Of a DNA stretch of 64,000 nt, positions 1 to 19,208 are shown one piece after another. Origin of the DNA: the human T2T-CHM13v2.0 reference genome, Homo sapiens; the NCBI RefSeq assembly GCF_009914755.1, contig NC_060925.1. One strand, written 5' to 3'. The position numbers and the translations under genes are program-made. Each line of letters starts with the position of its first letter. Positions within the stretch are counted from its first letter, which is position 1. Below the pieces are notes generated by a model, which did no database searches, was not told the DNA's origin, and saw nothing but the letters and a program-made list of their open reading frames with translations.

Positions 1-80
1 TAACATGCCCTGAGGGACCTGCTTCCTCTCCTTCCACCCTGACATCTGATGGAATATGCTCTCAGCTGAGGGAAAGCCCT

Positions 81-241
81 TTATTTTTATTTTTTGAGAC
101 AGGGTCTCACTCTGTTGTATAGGCTAGACTGCAGTGACACAATCTTGGCTCACTGCAGCCTCGACCTGCTGGGCTCAAGCGGTCTTCCCACCTCAGCCTC
201 CAAGTAGCTGGGACTACAGGTGTGAACCATTATGCCTGGCT
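81..241 (-). mobile_element. Alu right-arm monomer (FRAM/AluJ-like)
   Basis: T-rich tail then gagacagggtctcactctg...gcctggct. Confidence 0.9.
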
Positions 242-346
242 GGAAAGCTACTTTAGAAATGTTTTTTTTTAAAAAAAAAAACAAAAACAAACAAACACAC
301 ACACACACACACACACGCAAAGTGGGACATAAAGAAATAGGTTTCA

Positions 347-600
<254 letters not shown>

Positions 601-924
601 AAAGAAATGGGTTTCAAAGCTGCCCCAAGCTGGCCACCTCCCATGTATTAATTGTGATGACTTACAGAAATTTCCCAGCATTGCCCAGCAAGGGTGTGGA
701 CTTACAGTCCCGGTAGGCAAGTCTGGCAAAAACTCTGGACTTGGAAGTGAACGTGCCTTGGCCTGGGAAGTGTTTAAGGAGAATCTTTGGGGTTCTCCAC
801 AACGCTGAAGGAAGCCCAATCTGGTTCTTTCACATTTGCCCAGAACAGCTGGATGTTCCATGATCTCTCATGAGTCAGAGCCTATTGAATTTATTTTACA
901 TTTATTTTGAAAAACCTCAGATTT

Positions 925-1270
925 GGCCAGGCATGGTGGCTCACGCCTTTAATCCCAGCACTTTGGGAGGCTGAGGCGGGTGATCACCTGAGGTCAGAAG
1001 TTTGAGACCAGCCTGGCCAAAATGGCTAAAGCCTGTCTCTACTAAAATTACAAAAATTTGCTGGACATGGTGGCACGCACCTGTAATCCCAGCTACTAGG
1101 GAGGCTGAGGCAGGAGAATCGCTTGAACTGGGAGGCGGATGTTGCAGTGAGCCGAGATCGTACCACTGCAGATCTCAAGCAGAGCAAGACTTCATCTAAA
1201 AAAAAAGGAAGGAAGGAAGGAAAGAGAGAGAGAAAGAATTTAAGAAAGAAAGAAAGAAAAGAAAAGAAAC
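925..1270 (+). mobile_element. AluS with GA-rich tail
   Basis: Full dimer consensus; tail expanded to (GGAA)/(GAAA). Confidence 0.95.
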
Positions 1271-1603
1271 TCGGATTTGGCTGAAGCCATCTCTCATTCA
1301 GCTCTAGATTGTAAAACTCCATTTGCCCAGCAGATGAGTTTAAAAGAAAGGAACAGAATATAATGCTCTTTTGTTTAATTTTGCTTTTACTCTTTCCAGC
1401 AAACCCGTCTGTGGGTGGAAGTGGATGGATCACAGACCTATAGTGTGAGGCTGAGATTCTGCAGCATTGGGTGACTCGCCGGGGCCCTGCGACCACACAA
1501 GCAAGCAGGAGGTGCTCTGTGCCTGTTTTGTTTTCAGGTAGATGGGTGGACGTGGCATCAGGAGGACCTGCAAAGGGCAGAAGAAACATTACAAGAAAGT
1601 TGA

Positions 1604-1909
1604 GGCTGGGTGCAGTGGCTCACGCCTGTAATCCCAGCACTTTGGGAGGTTGAGGCGAGAGGATCATTTGAGCCCAGGAGCTCGAGATCAGCCTGGGAAA
1701 CATAGTGAGACCCTGTCTCTACGAAAAATAAAAAAATTAGCTGGGTGTGTTAGTGCATGTCTGCAGTTCCAGCTACTCAGGAGGCTGAGGCAGGAGGATT
1801 GCTTGAGCTCAGGAGTTTGAGGCTGCAGTGAACCATGAATGCACTACTGCACTCTGGCCTGGGCAACAGAGCCAGACCCTGTCTCAAAAAAAAAAAAAAA
1901 AAAAAAAAA
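1604..1909 (+). mobile_element. AluJ
   Basis: Dimer with J-type gaggctgcagtg and poly-A tail. Confidence 0.95.
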
Positions 1910-2231
1910 GCTGTAGCAGAAAATACTGACCACCTAAATTGGCCTGCCCTGGGGGCCAGGAGAGCTCCTGTCAAGATCACCCTCAGCCTAGACGCCACCG
2001 ATACAGCCTCTGCCCTGCAATCCACTCACTGCTGGCCAGTGGCGAACCTCACGTATTTCATTTTCTTGTCTTAATTTCCACCCCATGGGAAGAGAGTGGT
2101 GGCTTCAGTCAGCTGGACTCTTGCTGAAACCTTTCCCACTGTACTGAGCACTGGGTCATTATCTAAGACAGTGACCCCTCCTAAATAGCGTAGGTGAAAC
2201 AGCCAGCCAAAATCAGATTTGAGCTTCAGGT

Positions 2232-2529
<298 letters not shown>

Positions 2530-2901
2530 TTGAAGCAGACATTTTTCAATAAGCATCACTCATTGTGTTCCTAGACATGAATGAGGGTCAGTCTTAGCAT
2601 CTGCTAAAATCGATGAACACCTGGATGGCAGAAGGTGGCCAGGTCTGGACTTCATATTCTCTGCCCAAAGCTGCGCTCCTTTGCCTCGTGTGTTTTGCAT
2701 AGTTCAAGAGGAGGAGGTGGCCCAGGCATTAGTGCCAAAACAATCTGGGGAGAGCTGGGGCTGAGTTCCTGTGACAGAGATGGCTGAGCAGAGGCATGGA
2801 GGTGGGAGGAGGAAAAAGCTCCTAAAGGCCAGGGAGCCCCATCCCCTCCATTCACGCTATTCTAGGACCAAGCTTTTTAGGAAACCTAGAAACAGATAAT
2901 C

Positions 2902-3523
<622 letters not shown>

Positions 3524-3867
3524 TCAAAAGTCTTTCTCTTAAATGATTTGCCCACTTCTGGATAATGACAGTCACATCAACCATAATTTATTTCAACCTC
3601 ACTAGTTGGACGTATGTAATAATTTGTACATTCATGTTGTAAAAAAGTTTCACCAAGCAAGAACAATGAGAGGGAAAACATTTAATTTATATAAGAGAAA
3701 AACATGTTTTTCATGATTTTAGAAGCCCTCATTTGTATATCAGTAATTTAATATTGATTTAAATGATCCTTCTTTGTTTCCTAAATAAATCTGCCAGAGT
3801 CTCTAGGGGGCAAGAGCCTATTTTCTTCTAGTATGGGTTTCTATCTAGTTTTAAGGGTACTATAACT

Positions 3868-4274
3868 CAGGGGTCCCCAACCCCCCTGGGCCATGGACTG
3901 GTCTGTGGCCTGTTAGGGACCAGGCCGCACAGCAGGAGATGAGCAGGTGGTGGCGGGTGGTGGGGGGGGGGCGGGGATTGAGTGAAGCTTCAGCTGTATT
4001 TACAGCTGCTCCCCATCTCCCCATCTCTCACATTACTGCCTGAGCTCCACCTCCTGTCAGATCAGTGGCGGCTCCAGATTCTCATAGGAGCACGAGCCCT
4101 ATTATGAACTGCGCATGTGAGGGATCTAGGTTGCACGCTCCTTATGAGAATCTCATGTCTGATGATCCGAGGCAGAACAGTTTCATCCCGAAACCAACAC
4201 CCCCAGCCCCCGGCTGTGGAAAAATTGTCTTCCACAAAACTGGTCCCTGATGCCAAAAAGGTTGAGGACCACTG
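3868..4274 (+). mobile_element. MER1 (MER1A/B-like) hAT-Charlie non-autonomous DNA transposon, complete
   Basis: Ends caggggtccccaacc...ggttgaggaccactg; perfect 8-bp TSD ctataact at 3860-3867 and 4275-4282. Confidence 0.93.
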
Positions 4275-4298
4275 CTATAACTCACTTTCTTCTAAAAA

Positions 4299-5497
4299 TC
4301 AAAGGGGATCAGAATATGCCACCCTGGCTGGGCTGGGTGGCTCACACCTGTAATCCCAGGACTTTGGGAGGCCGAGGTGGGTGGCCCACCTGAGGTCAGG
4401 AGTTCAAGACCAGCCTGGCCAACATGGTGGAACCCCGTCTCTACAAAAATGCAGAAATTAGCCGGGCATGATGGCGGGTGCCTGTAATCCCAGCTACTTG
4501 GGAGGCTGAGGCGGGAGAATCACTTGAGAATCACTTGAACCCTGGAGGCAGAGGTTGCAGTGAGCCAAGATTGCGCCATTGCACTCCAGCCTGGGTGACA
4601 GAGCAAGACTCCGTCTCAAAAAACAAAACAAAACAAAAAGAATGCCCACCCTAAAATGTGCCATTTTGACATAAGGAGTATTTGTAGCTGAAGGCAATTG
4701 AGAAAAAGCAGATGCAGGAAGAGCTCTCTGCCTGTCCCTACCTGCCTAAAAGCAGAGTGTACATTTTCCCTGGGAAGCTGTCCCCCTCTGTATTGTACCA
4801 GGAAGGGAGAACCACCTTTGTCATGGAGATAGCGCTGAGATGAATCTGCATAAACAAACCTAACTAAATACCCCTTACCTTCCATCATTTCCCCCATATT
4901 CGTACAGTTTACAGCCCCTCCAGGCCCATACTTCTTTTCCTGTCTCGTCACTTCTCCACACCTTATTGCTCTTTGTTAAAATGCTACATAATCCCCCCAA
5001 GTTTAACCACTTCTTTGCGTCTTCATTTCTTTTCTATGAAAGCCTCTGGGCATGAAAAAATGAAAACATTAACATCAAATAAATTTCAGCAGGCCGGGTG
5101 TGGTGGCTCACACCTGTAATCCCAGGACTTTGCAAGGCTGAGGAGGGTGGATCACTTGAGGTTGGGAGTTTGAGATCAGCCTGGCCAACATGGTGAAACC
5201 CCATCTCTACTAAAAATATAAAAAATTAGCCGGGTGTGGTGGTGCACACCTATAATCCCAGCTACTCAGGAGGCTGAGGCATGAGAATCACTTGAACCCA
5301 GGAGGTGGAGGTTGCAGTGAGTTGAGATTATGTCACTGCACTCCAGCCTGGGTGACAGAGTGAGACCCTGTCTCGAAAAATAAACATAAATAAAATTTGG
5401 ATGCTTTTTCTCCTGTTAATCTGCTTTTGTCAATCTAATTCATGTGCCCTAGGAACAGAATATAAGAATGTAGAGGAAGGTTTTTTCCTTCCCTACA
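4299..5497 (+). mobile_element. ERV1 solo LTR (MER34/MER39-like) interrupted by two Alus (about 4326-4639 and 5092-5395)
   Basis: gatcagaatatgccaccc..aaaatgtgccattttgacataagg start; ttttctcctgttaatctg...cttccctaca end. Confidence 0.8.
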
Positions 5498-5681
5498 ATT
5501 TTCTCTAATTAGATGAAAGATTGATGTTCCTATCATTTAATCTGATCTGGAAGATTTTGTGATATGATAAATGAGTTTGGGAAAGAAACATTCAATTTAT
5601 CACCATAGCATGGATCCAATTTGGAAGATTCTTCCTAGTCCTAGTTGTAGTCTCCCCAGCACCTCAAGAATATTCATTTCC

Positions 5682-5971
5682 TGGCTGGGCACAGTGGCTC
5701 ACCCCTGTAATCCCAGCACTTTAGGAGGCAGAGGCAGGCAGGAGTTCGAGACCAGCCTGGCCAACATGGTGAAACACCATCTCTACTAAAGATAGAAAAA
5801 ATGAGCCAGACATGGTGGGGCATGTCTGCAATCCCAGCTACTCGGGAAGCTGAGGCAAGAGAATCGCTTGAACCCAGGAAGCGGAAGTTGCAGTGAGCCA
5901 AGATTGCCCCATTGCACTCAAGCATGGGTGACAGGGCGAGACTCCATCTCAAAAAAAAAAAAAAAAAAAAA
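5682..5971 (+). mobile_element. AluS
   Basis: Dimer; TSD aagaatatt(ca/ag)tttcct. Confidence 0.95.
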
Positions 5972-6599
5972 GAATATTAGTTTCCTGCCTCTAGAGGCAA
6001 ACAGATAAGAGACATTTCCTAACTGCAGAGACTTGCAAGTTTAAAACAAACAAACAAAAGCAACATGAATGCCGTTCTTCCTTGGGGGATTTTCTTCCCA
6101 TCTGCCAGGTGATTCACCGCCTGGCTTCTGTTCTGTCTGTACTAATTGGTCATCGCTTGCTGATAGGAACCAAGCCCTTATTCCTGATCCTGGGGAGGAG
6201 AAAATATGAAAGTGTGAGAAGGAAGTGGCTTAATGCTTTCTCAAAAAGAGGTTGGGGAGGAACCGAAACAGTAAGCCAGGGAGTCGTCACCATGCCTTTG
6301 TCCTCCTCCTCCTCGTCATCACCGTGATACCTGCTTGTGTTCACCATGCCCAGCACCAAAGCAGTTACTTCATATGCTTCATCTTGCGGCCACAGGGGAT
6401 CAATATCCCTCTTGGAACACCACCTCTATCCAGGACACCAAGACGACAGTTCCAGGGACCAGCAATGTCCAGTGTGCTAATGTGTGTCTTCCTGTCTATG
6501 GAGAAGAGGAGATTCCAAGTGGTTACCAGGCCCAAAGAGAAGATGAACCAACTCAGGGCCATTTTTGGCTTCTCAGAAAAGATGAAGAGTTCCCAGAAA

Positions 6600-7174
<575 letters not shown>

Positions 7175-7237
7175 CTCTAAACCCAGGAAAAGATCGAAGA
7201 TTATAGAGGACTGTGACACACAAGAGCCTAGCTGCTA

Positions 7238-7559
<322 letters not shown>

Positions 7560-7646
7560 GTTTTCAGCTGTGCAGAACTGCTCGTGGGCTCATGTGGCTC
7601 CCTTCCTCGGGACATCTTCAAAGCCAGCAATGTTGTATCTATCAGG

Positions 7647-7760
7647 AAGGAAAACCTTTCCTCTACCCTCTTAGGTTCAGCAGCTGGGGTCCACAAATCA
7701 GACTGACAAGAGACAGATTAACAGAGGAAAAGGCATACAAATTTTATTTGATGTTCATAT
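7647..7760 (-). mobile_element. MER34/39-like LTR 3' fragment
   Basis: Similar to the reverse complement of the 5390-5497 LTR end (acagattaacagaggaaaaggcatacaaattttattt). Confidence 0.7.
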
Positions 7761-8707
7761 CTCAACAGAGGTTGCAATCGAGGAAGAGGCATAGGAAGGC
7801 ATGTGCCACTGGGGACACAGGGGGGCCCAGGGAGAAGCCACAGCTTCTGGAGACACGGGGCTATGTTCTCTCTAGGAGAAAGAAACGAGTCACCAGGGTT
7901 GGGGACTCACCGCTAAGGGGTGTGGCTGAGCCCACTGCCTCTGACATGGCCATGGGGGATGTGCTGTCTGCTTGGAGTGTCACCTGAGGTGGCCATTCAG
8001 CAGCCTTCCTGCTGATACTCTCCACCCAGTGGCCACTGCTCCTTGTGGCACCGCTAGAAGACTGTGGAGTCCTGGGCCCCACTCCAGAGGAAGCAGAGTT
8101 CGGGAGTTCCCTAACTTCTTCCTGCAGATGTTGGAACAGCTGAAAGAGAAAATGAGGGAGATGAATGGCTGATTATTTGGATTTTGACCTCCTAGATCCT
8201 ATACACCTTCAGATACCAGAATAAAAAGGCTCTTAGTGGAGCACACAGGCAAGGGACAAGAATGTGTTTGCCCAAGGACTGGCTGTGCACGGAGCAAGCT
8301 TTAAACTGCATATTGCAGAGAAGGGAGGACGCTCTGGGGAGTCCATGGCTTGGGTTGCTGTGGAGGACAGCCGTACAGCGTAGAAAGTCCTAGAAGATGG
8401 GAAGGGCCTGGTGATTCCTGTGGGGAACAGTTAGGGCAGAGGTCAAAAATAACATGTGTGGCCCAGAAGTAGGGACTCACCGGTCAGAGGTTTCAGAGGT
8501 TGTGGAATGAGACTAAGAATGAAGTAGGTGGAGGAAGATGGTGCCCCATTCAAAACGGGGAGACCCAACCGTGAGTCTAAGGCAAGTGGGACAAAGAGGG
8601 ACTTACAGTGACCACGAGAGAAGGACAGAAGTTCTGCTGTTATCAGAGCAGACCTGGACACAGGAGGAATTCTGTCCTGATTTAGACAGAGCTCCCTGGA
8701 TGGGCAG

Positions 8708-9069
8708 TGGTATGATTTGGTTGTGTCCCCACCCAAATCTCATATTGAATTGTAGCTCTCATAATCCCCACATGTCATGAGAGGGACCCAGTGGAGATAA
8801 TTTAATCATGGATTGGCTTCCCCCATCCTGTTCTCATGATAGTGAATAAGTCTCACAAGATCTGATGGTTTTATAAAGGGCAGTTCCCCTGCACACACCC
8901 TCTTGCCTGCTGCCATGTAAGATGTGCCTTTGCTCCTCCTTCACCTTCTGCCATGATCGTGAGGCCTCCCCAGCCATGTGGAACTGTGAGTCCATTAAAC
9001 CTCTTTTTCTTTATAAATTACCCAGTCTCTGGTATGTCTTTACTAGCAACATGAGAACAGACTACTACA
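8708..9069 (+). mobile_element. THE1 (B/C-like) MaLR solo LTR
   Basis: tg...gtgtccccacccaaatctc...actactaca; 5-bp TSD ggcag at 8703-8707 and 9070-9074. Confidence 0.95.
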
Positions 9070-9159
9070 GGCAGAGAGCAGAGTCCTGGAGTGAGGCATC
9101 TGCCGAGAGCTGCTGTTTATCAGAATCAGATTCCCTCACCCACCTGTGTCCATGGAGCA

Positions 9160-9640
9160 ACAGCTATAAGCCAGGCACTGTCACACATGCTGGGGTCACA
9201 GTGGTGAACAAGAGAGGCCTCATGATCCTTTTCCCCCAAGAGCTGACATGTGGATGCAGGAGACAAGCAAAAGCCAAAACCAAACAAGTCAACAGACCAA
9301 TAAATGCAATGATTGCAAGTTAGCTCAGGTATTCTGAAGAAACAAGGGACTAAGATGGGGAAAGATTGAGGGGGACCTACAGAAGGAAAGGTCAGCAGGG
9401 GAAGCCCTTGGAGGATGTGAATTTCACCCTGAGACCTAAAGCAAGAGAAGAAGCTAGCTAAGCAAACGGGAGCTGGAGAAGCAGGTGCAAAGGTCCTGGG
9501 GTAGGAAAAAGTTGGGCATATTTAAGGAACAGAAAGAACAGTCTGGAAGTGTAATGGGATGAGGTTGGGGAGAAGGATAGGGGCTTTCACAGTTCTCAGC
9601 AGGAGGGAAACATGATCTGCTTCATGTTTTAAGAAGAGCA
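9160..9640 (-). mobile_element. L2 fragment
   Basis: gccaggcactg...tgcaaaggtcctggggtaggaa L2-typical motifs. Confidence 0.7.
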
Positions 9641-9648
9641 TTTTCATC

Positions 9649-10575
<927 letters not shown>

Positions 10576-10838
10576 TTATGAGGGCTTCTGACAAACTCTT
10601 GACTTGCCTGGTTAACAACGTCAAGTCTCCCAGGGACTGGCCACCGTGTAGAGGGGCCGTTAGCCAAGCAGAAATGATAGCAACCTGGAAGTTAGCAACT
10701 AAGTAATCTGAGGGTTTGTTCTGAGAAGGATAACATGGACAGGGCTGGGTGTGTTTTGAAATCTTCAGCATGGGAGACTTCAAAAGGCATTGAGGAGACA
10801 TGTGATTCTGAGATGTGCATCTCAAAAGGGGAGATCCA

Positions 10839-11172
<334 letters not shown>

Positions 11173-11269
11173 TTACACATAACTTCTTTCCAATGAGGGA
11201 AAAATCGTCAGTGACTGACTATAAACACATTCCAGAGAGAGGAGAGCTGAGATTTTTAAGGGATAGGTT

Positions 11270-11365
11270 ACTAGAAAGGAAAGAATGGTACCTAAACATG
11301 GACAAATACAAGAAACGGATAGACATCTCAGAAGAATCATCTCAGGAATTGAAAGCACAATAGAA
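11270..11365 (+). repeat. Copy 1 of a local 96-bp duplication not recognised as a TE (partner 14561-14656)
   Basis: Ungapped; 9 mismatches in 96 bp by manual alignment. Confidence 0.92.
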
Positions 11366-11583
11366 CAATTCAGGACAACATAAAGGCAAGAAGGGAGGGA
11401 GGGCCGGTGGGGACAAAGGTGCAGTGTTGCGGGGAGGCATGGGGAAAGGAGATTTCCTCTTCTCGTGAGTTGTTTCTGCATTTGTATCAGTGGAGATCTT
11501 TGGGCAAACATGGCGCGTGTCGCCATTTACAATGAGTGAGCCACAAACCTGCCCCAGTGGAGAGCAGGTCACCTGTCATATAG

Positions 11584-12060
<477 letters not shown>

Positions 12061-12394
12061 ATGCCGTTTATTTTTGGAGTCCCAATATCGGTTGTGGCTG
12101 CCTCTGTGAGTTGGAAGCTGTGTTAGGAGGCAGCCCTCACCTTCCTGAACAGAAGTCTAAGGAGACTGCACTCTCCTCCCTGGTGGCCAGGGAGTGAGGC
12201 ATGGCTCTGAGACCTGGTGGATCGATGCGCTTGACTGCACAGGTGGATGCAGGGACTGTTGAGGATTTTGCCCATGGAGGTTTTGCAGGCAGCAGCATCA
12301 CTACCACACTGTCCCTCAGATGTGCACAGCCCAGACCCTGTCTCCTGCAGCTGGTCTCCCTTGATCCCTGCCTGGTTTTTCTTTCTTTGTTTAA

Positions 12395-12870
12395 CACTCT
12401 TTATTTTGAAATAATTATAAATTCGTGGCTGGGCACGGTGGCTCACGCCTGTAATCCCAGCACTTTGGGAAGCTGAGGGGGGTGGCTCACCTGAGGTCAG
12501 GAGTTCAAGACCAGCCTGGCCAACATGGCGAAACCCTGTTTCTACTAAAAATACAAATATTAGCTGGGCATGGTGGTGGGTGCCTGTAATCCCAGCTACT
12601 GGGGAGGGTGAGGCAGGAGAATTGCTTGAACCTGGGAGTCAGAGGTTGCAGTGAGCCGAGTTGTGCCACTGCACTCCAGCCTTGGTGACAGAGCGAGACT
12701 CTGTCTCAAATAAATACATAAATAAATAAAAAGATATAAATTCACAGGAGGTTACAAGGATCATACAGAGAGTTCCTGCGTGGCCATAACTTCCCCCAGT
12801 GGATGTATCTCACACAGATATAGCACAATACAAGGACCAGAAAAAGGGCCTGTACAACGTGTGTATAGCC
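12395..12870 (-). mobile_element. L1MC-like 3' fragment interrupted by a sense AluS (12427-12732)
   Basis: ttattttgaaataattataaattc|Alu|acaggaggttacaag... Confidence 0.7.
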
Positions 12871-13759
12871 CTGGCTGTCTTTAAAGGCTGGCTCGGGGAC
12901 TTACTACTGGTTGATGCCCCATCCAATATCCTTCCAATAAATTGTCATTCTATCTAAATTAGCCAGAGTCCATTTTGCCCTCTGTCACTAGGAGCCGTGA
13001 GTGGTCTGGTTAGGATTGGAAAGGTTAATACAACCTAGAAGTCTGGAGACCTCACAGCATCACTAAGGAATGGAGAGTGGGAAAGTGGGCTCCTAGACCC
13101 AGATCTCAGGCCGGGGGGACAGTAAGACAAGAAGCTGAAGCGGAAGTTCATGAAGGATGCGTCTGGACTTTCCTCCGTGAGCAGGGGGACCTGTCAGAGG
13201 TTTCCGAGATGGGGCTGACAAGATCAAAGAGCCTCTGGCCGCAGAGCGAGGGCTGGGTTGGAAGCGTGGGATTGGGAATTGATGATAAATCGTCCAGAGA
13301 CACGGACAGGGCAGGAGAGGAGGGGATGATTTAGGAATGATTCAGAGGTAGACCTGGCAGGTCTGGGACTTGGTTAGGAGGAGGACGAAGAGGAGGAAAA
13401 AGAGGGAGGAGGAGGATGAAAAGGAGGAGGGCCGGTGGAAGGGGCTAAAGGGTTTTGAGTCACAGACTCCAGCTTCATCTTCACTGCAGATTAAATGATT
13501 GAATTTCAAGGCTTCCAGGAAATGGAAGGCCACTCCTCCAGAGACCTTGGGCCCGGCTTTATCAGCGGCAGCACAGTGTGGGTTCAGGGCTTACTTATTA
13601 GACGGGATTCTTTCCCTCCTGTGGAACTGAAAGACTCATTCGGGCGGTGTACCGCTGCCTCTGTGTGTGTGTGCGCTGTCTTTGGAGCCGGGGGTTTGGT
13701 GGGATCTGCTGAGGTTTGCCAGCCCTGCTGATAATCCCCTTTTCCTCCATGTGGGTTCT

Positions 13760-14100
13760 TAACAATAATGATGATATCTAACATTTCCGAAGCGGTTCCT
13801 CTGTGCCACACACTTTGCTAAGTGCCTCACGCCTTTCAACTTCTATCTAATCATCGCTGTTCTAGGAGGCAGGTACTGTGTGTGATTGCCCCTGTTTTCC
13901 ACTGCAGTATATGGGAATCAGGCAGACTGAGACCAAAGCATCATTTTCTTTATCATCTTTAATTGACACCAAAATAATTGTACATATTTATGGGATACAG
14001 TGTGATGTTTTAATACGTGCATACAATGTATAGTGATCAAATCAGCGTAATTAACCATCACCTCACACGTTGATCACTTCTTTGTGTTGGGAAACTTCGC
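13760..14100. mobile_element. MIR fragment (about 13760-13940) and L1MA 3' end (about 13950-14100)
   Basis: gtgccacacactttgctaagtg; taattgtacatatttatgggatacagtgtgatg. Confidence 0.7.
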
Positions 14101-14112
14101 AACAAAGCGTCA

Positions 14113-14433
<321 letters not shown>

Positions 14434-14560
14434 AAAGCGTCATTTTTATTACTGCACAAAAAGGCTGCCGCAGAACATGGCTTAGCCTCTCTAGGTTTCC
14501 CAGCCGAGAGTGCACTTGCAGATTCTCCCCAGGTTAGAAAGCCGCAGGCAGCACTTTGCC

Positions 14561-14656
14561 ACTAGAAAGGAAAGAAAGTTACCTAAACATGGACAAATAC
14601 AAGAAACTGGTAGACATCTCAGAAGAATCATCTCAGGAATACAAAGCGTGATAGAA
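14561..14656 (+). repeat. Copy 2 of the local 96-bp duplication
   Basis: Aligns to 11270-11365. Confidence 0.92.
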
Positions 14657-14658
14657 GG

Positions 14659-15166
<508 letters not shown>

Positions 15167-15307
15167 AGAAGGGAAATTTAAAACCAATTAGGGAAAAACA
15201 ACATCGGGCCTTACTGTAAAGACAGTTTCCTGTCCGCTCTGATCACTGAGGAGTGGAGTGGGCAGAGCTCACATAGGGAGGGGGCCCAGTCCCTTCTCCA
15301 AGATACA

Positions 15308-15716
<409 letters not shown>

Positions 15717-16199
15717 GCAGAGATGCATTGATCAGGACATCAGCCCAGTCTTAGGGAAAGAGTAAGGGTAGAGAGAAGTCACCAGGGTCCCCCAGCCCAG
15801 GACCCCACCTGGAGATGCCTCCCTAGCTAGCGACAAAGAAGGGCTGATGTTTTTGTGAGGCTGGTAACTGTGCTTTGCCAACAAGGTGAAGACAGTGTTG
15901 ATGGAAGGAGAGGAGGGTCCCAGGGTCGGAAGCTACAAGGACCACAGGGTATGAGGACTGGGGGGTGATCAAAAGCCTTCAGAGCAATAACAGTGAAGAA
16001 GAAGGGACAGAAATGCAAGTTGTTAAGGAGGCAGGATGAATGAGGCTTGGTTTGACCCCTGAGAGGTGGGGGTGATGGTGACTCGTGGGGTCATGGGCTG
16101 CTCACTGAGACCCAAACAGACAGGGTGGAGAGAGAGAATGAAATCAGTTTTGAATTTAGCCGTTTGGCCCCCTGGGTCACAGGGGAGAGATACTTACTA

Positions 16200-17290
<1,091 letters not shown>

Positions 17291-17294
17291 AGTC

Positions 17295-17305
17295 TTTCTC
17301 TCTCC

Positions 17306-17336
<31 letters not shown>

Positions 17337-18030
17337 TCCTTCCTTCCTTCCTTCCTTCCTTCTTTCCCTCCCTTCCTCCCTCCCTCCCTCCCTTCCTTCC
17401 TTCCTCCCTCCCTCCCTCCCCAACTCTCTCTCTCTCTTTCTCTTTCTCCCTTCCTCTCTCTCTCTCTCTCTCTTCCTTCTTTCTTCAGGGTCTTACTCTG
17501 TTGTCCGGGCTGGAGTGCAGTGGCACTGGGCTTAAACAACCCTCCCACCTCAGTCTCCCAAGTAGCTGGGATTGCAGACATGCGCCACCATGCCCAACTA
17601 ATTTTCGTATATTTTTATAGAGACAGAGTCTCACCTTATTGCCCAGGCTGGTCTTGAGCTCCTGGGCTCAAGCAATCCACTCACCTAGGCTTCTCCTAGT
17701 GCTGGGATTACAGGTGTGAGCCACCAAGCCTAGTCAACTTTTTTTTTTCTTTTAGTGACAGCGTCTTTCTCTGTCTCCCAGGCTGGAGTGCAGTGGTGCC
17801 ATCACAGTTCATTGTATTCTTGAACTCCTGGGCTCAAGCAATCCTCTGCCTCAGCCTCCTGAGTAGTTGGGACTTCAGGCGTGCACCACCACACCTGGCT
17901 AAAGTTTTTTTAAGTTTTCTAGAGATGGTCTCTCACTAGGTTGCCCTGGCTAGTTTCAAACTCCTGGCCTCAAGCAATCCTCCTGCCTCAGCCTCCCAAA
18001 GTGCTGGGATTACAGGTGTGAGAGCCACTA
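17295..18030 (-). mobile_element. CT-rich tract (17295-17485) plus two AluJ
   Basis: (TTTC)/(TTCC)/(TC) tail followed by antisense J-type Alus. Confidence 0.9.
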
Positions 18031-18286
18031 TACCCATTTGAATTTTTAGAGCAATCAGAGAAGGGAGCCCAGGACACGGGCCTGTCGGTGGGGGTGGGGG
18101 CCCTGCTTTTGTAGAGAATAGGGTAGGGGGGTCTCTGGGGAATGGGGCTAGAGGTAGTGGTTGAAACAATGTGTGAGAGAGATTTCTTAGAGTGAGAGCT
18201 GGGTGTGGTGGTGGTGGGCATCCTGCAGAAAAGGAGAGGATGCCTCTAAATACTTGCAGGGAGACCATGTGTAAGAGTGTGGACTC

Positions 18287-18698
<412 letters not shown>

Positions 18699-18731
18699 TC
18701 AGCTTCAGATGGGCACTTGGGAGAGATAATC

Positions 18732-18926
18732 TTTTTGTTTTTGTTTATTATTATTATTATTTACTTTGAGACTGTGTTATGAGAGTGGCTAATTTTTGTA
18801 TTTTTGGTAGACATGGAGTTTCACCATGTTGCCCAGGCTGGTCTCAAACTCCTGGGCCCAAATCATCCGCCAGCCTTGGCATCCCAAAGTGCTGGAATTA
18901 GAGGCGTAAGCCACAGCGCCCTGCCC
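18732..18926 (-). mobile_element. Partial Alu (left arm)
   Basis: ggctaatttttgtattttt...ccaaagtgctgg. Confidence 0.85.
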
Positions 18927-19208
18927 TGGGGGAGATGGTCTTTCAACCTTGAGATTTTATTGTTATTGGGGTTCTAGCTTCAGTTCGAAACAAAGGAAAA
19001 AAGAATTTGCTTTGTGTCAAAACTAGCTTTTTAATGAAAATGTAAGTAACTAAATCCAGTTATTTGATACATTAATTGAACTCCGACGGTGCTGGGCACC
19101 GGGATGTGATGGTGAACAGCCGCAGGCAAAGCCACCTGTGGCCCTTATGGAATCTGGGGATGGATACTTCGGTTCCCGCCTGTATGTGCATATTTGCTTT
19201 TTATCCAG

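Noticed and set aside
668-900. Protein-like frames (e.g. AKTLDLEVNVPWPGKCLRRIFGVLHNAEGSPIWFFH)
   Set aside because: Weak acceptor and two equally plausible frames; insufficient alone, though worth including in the pseudogene search
4515-4540. 11-bp duplication gagaatcactt in an Alu (also attac at about 35905)
   Set aside because: Ordinary slippage micro-duplications
8960-8982. PRDM9 hotspot motif in THE1
   Set aside because: Reads cctccccagccat, not the CCTCCCTNNCCAC hotspot version
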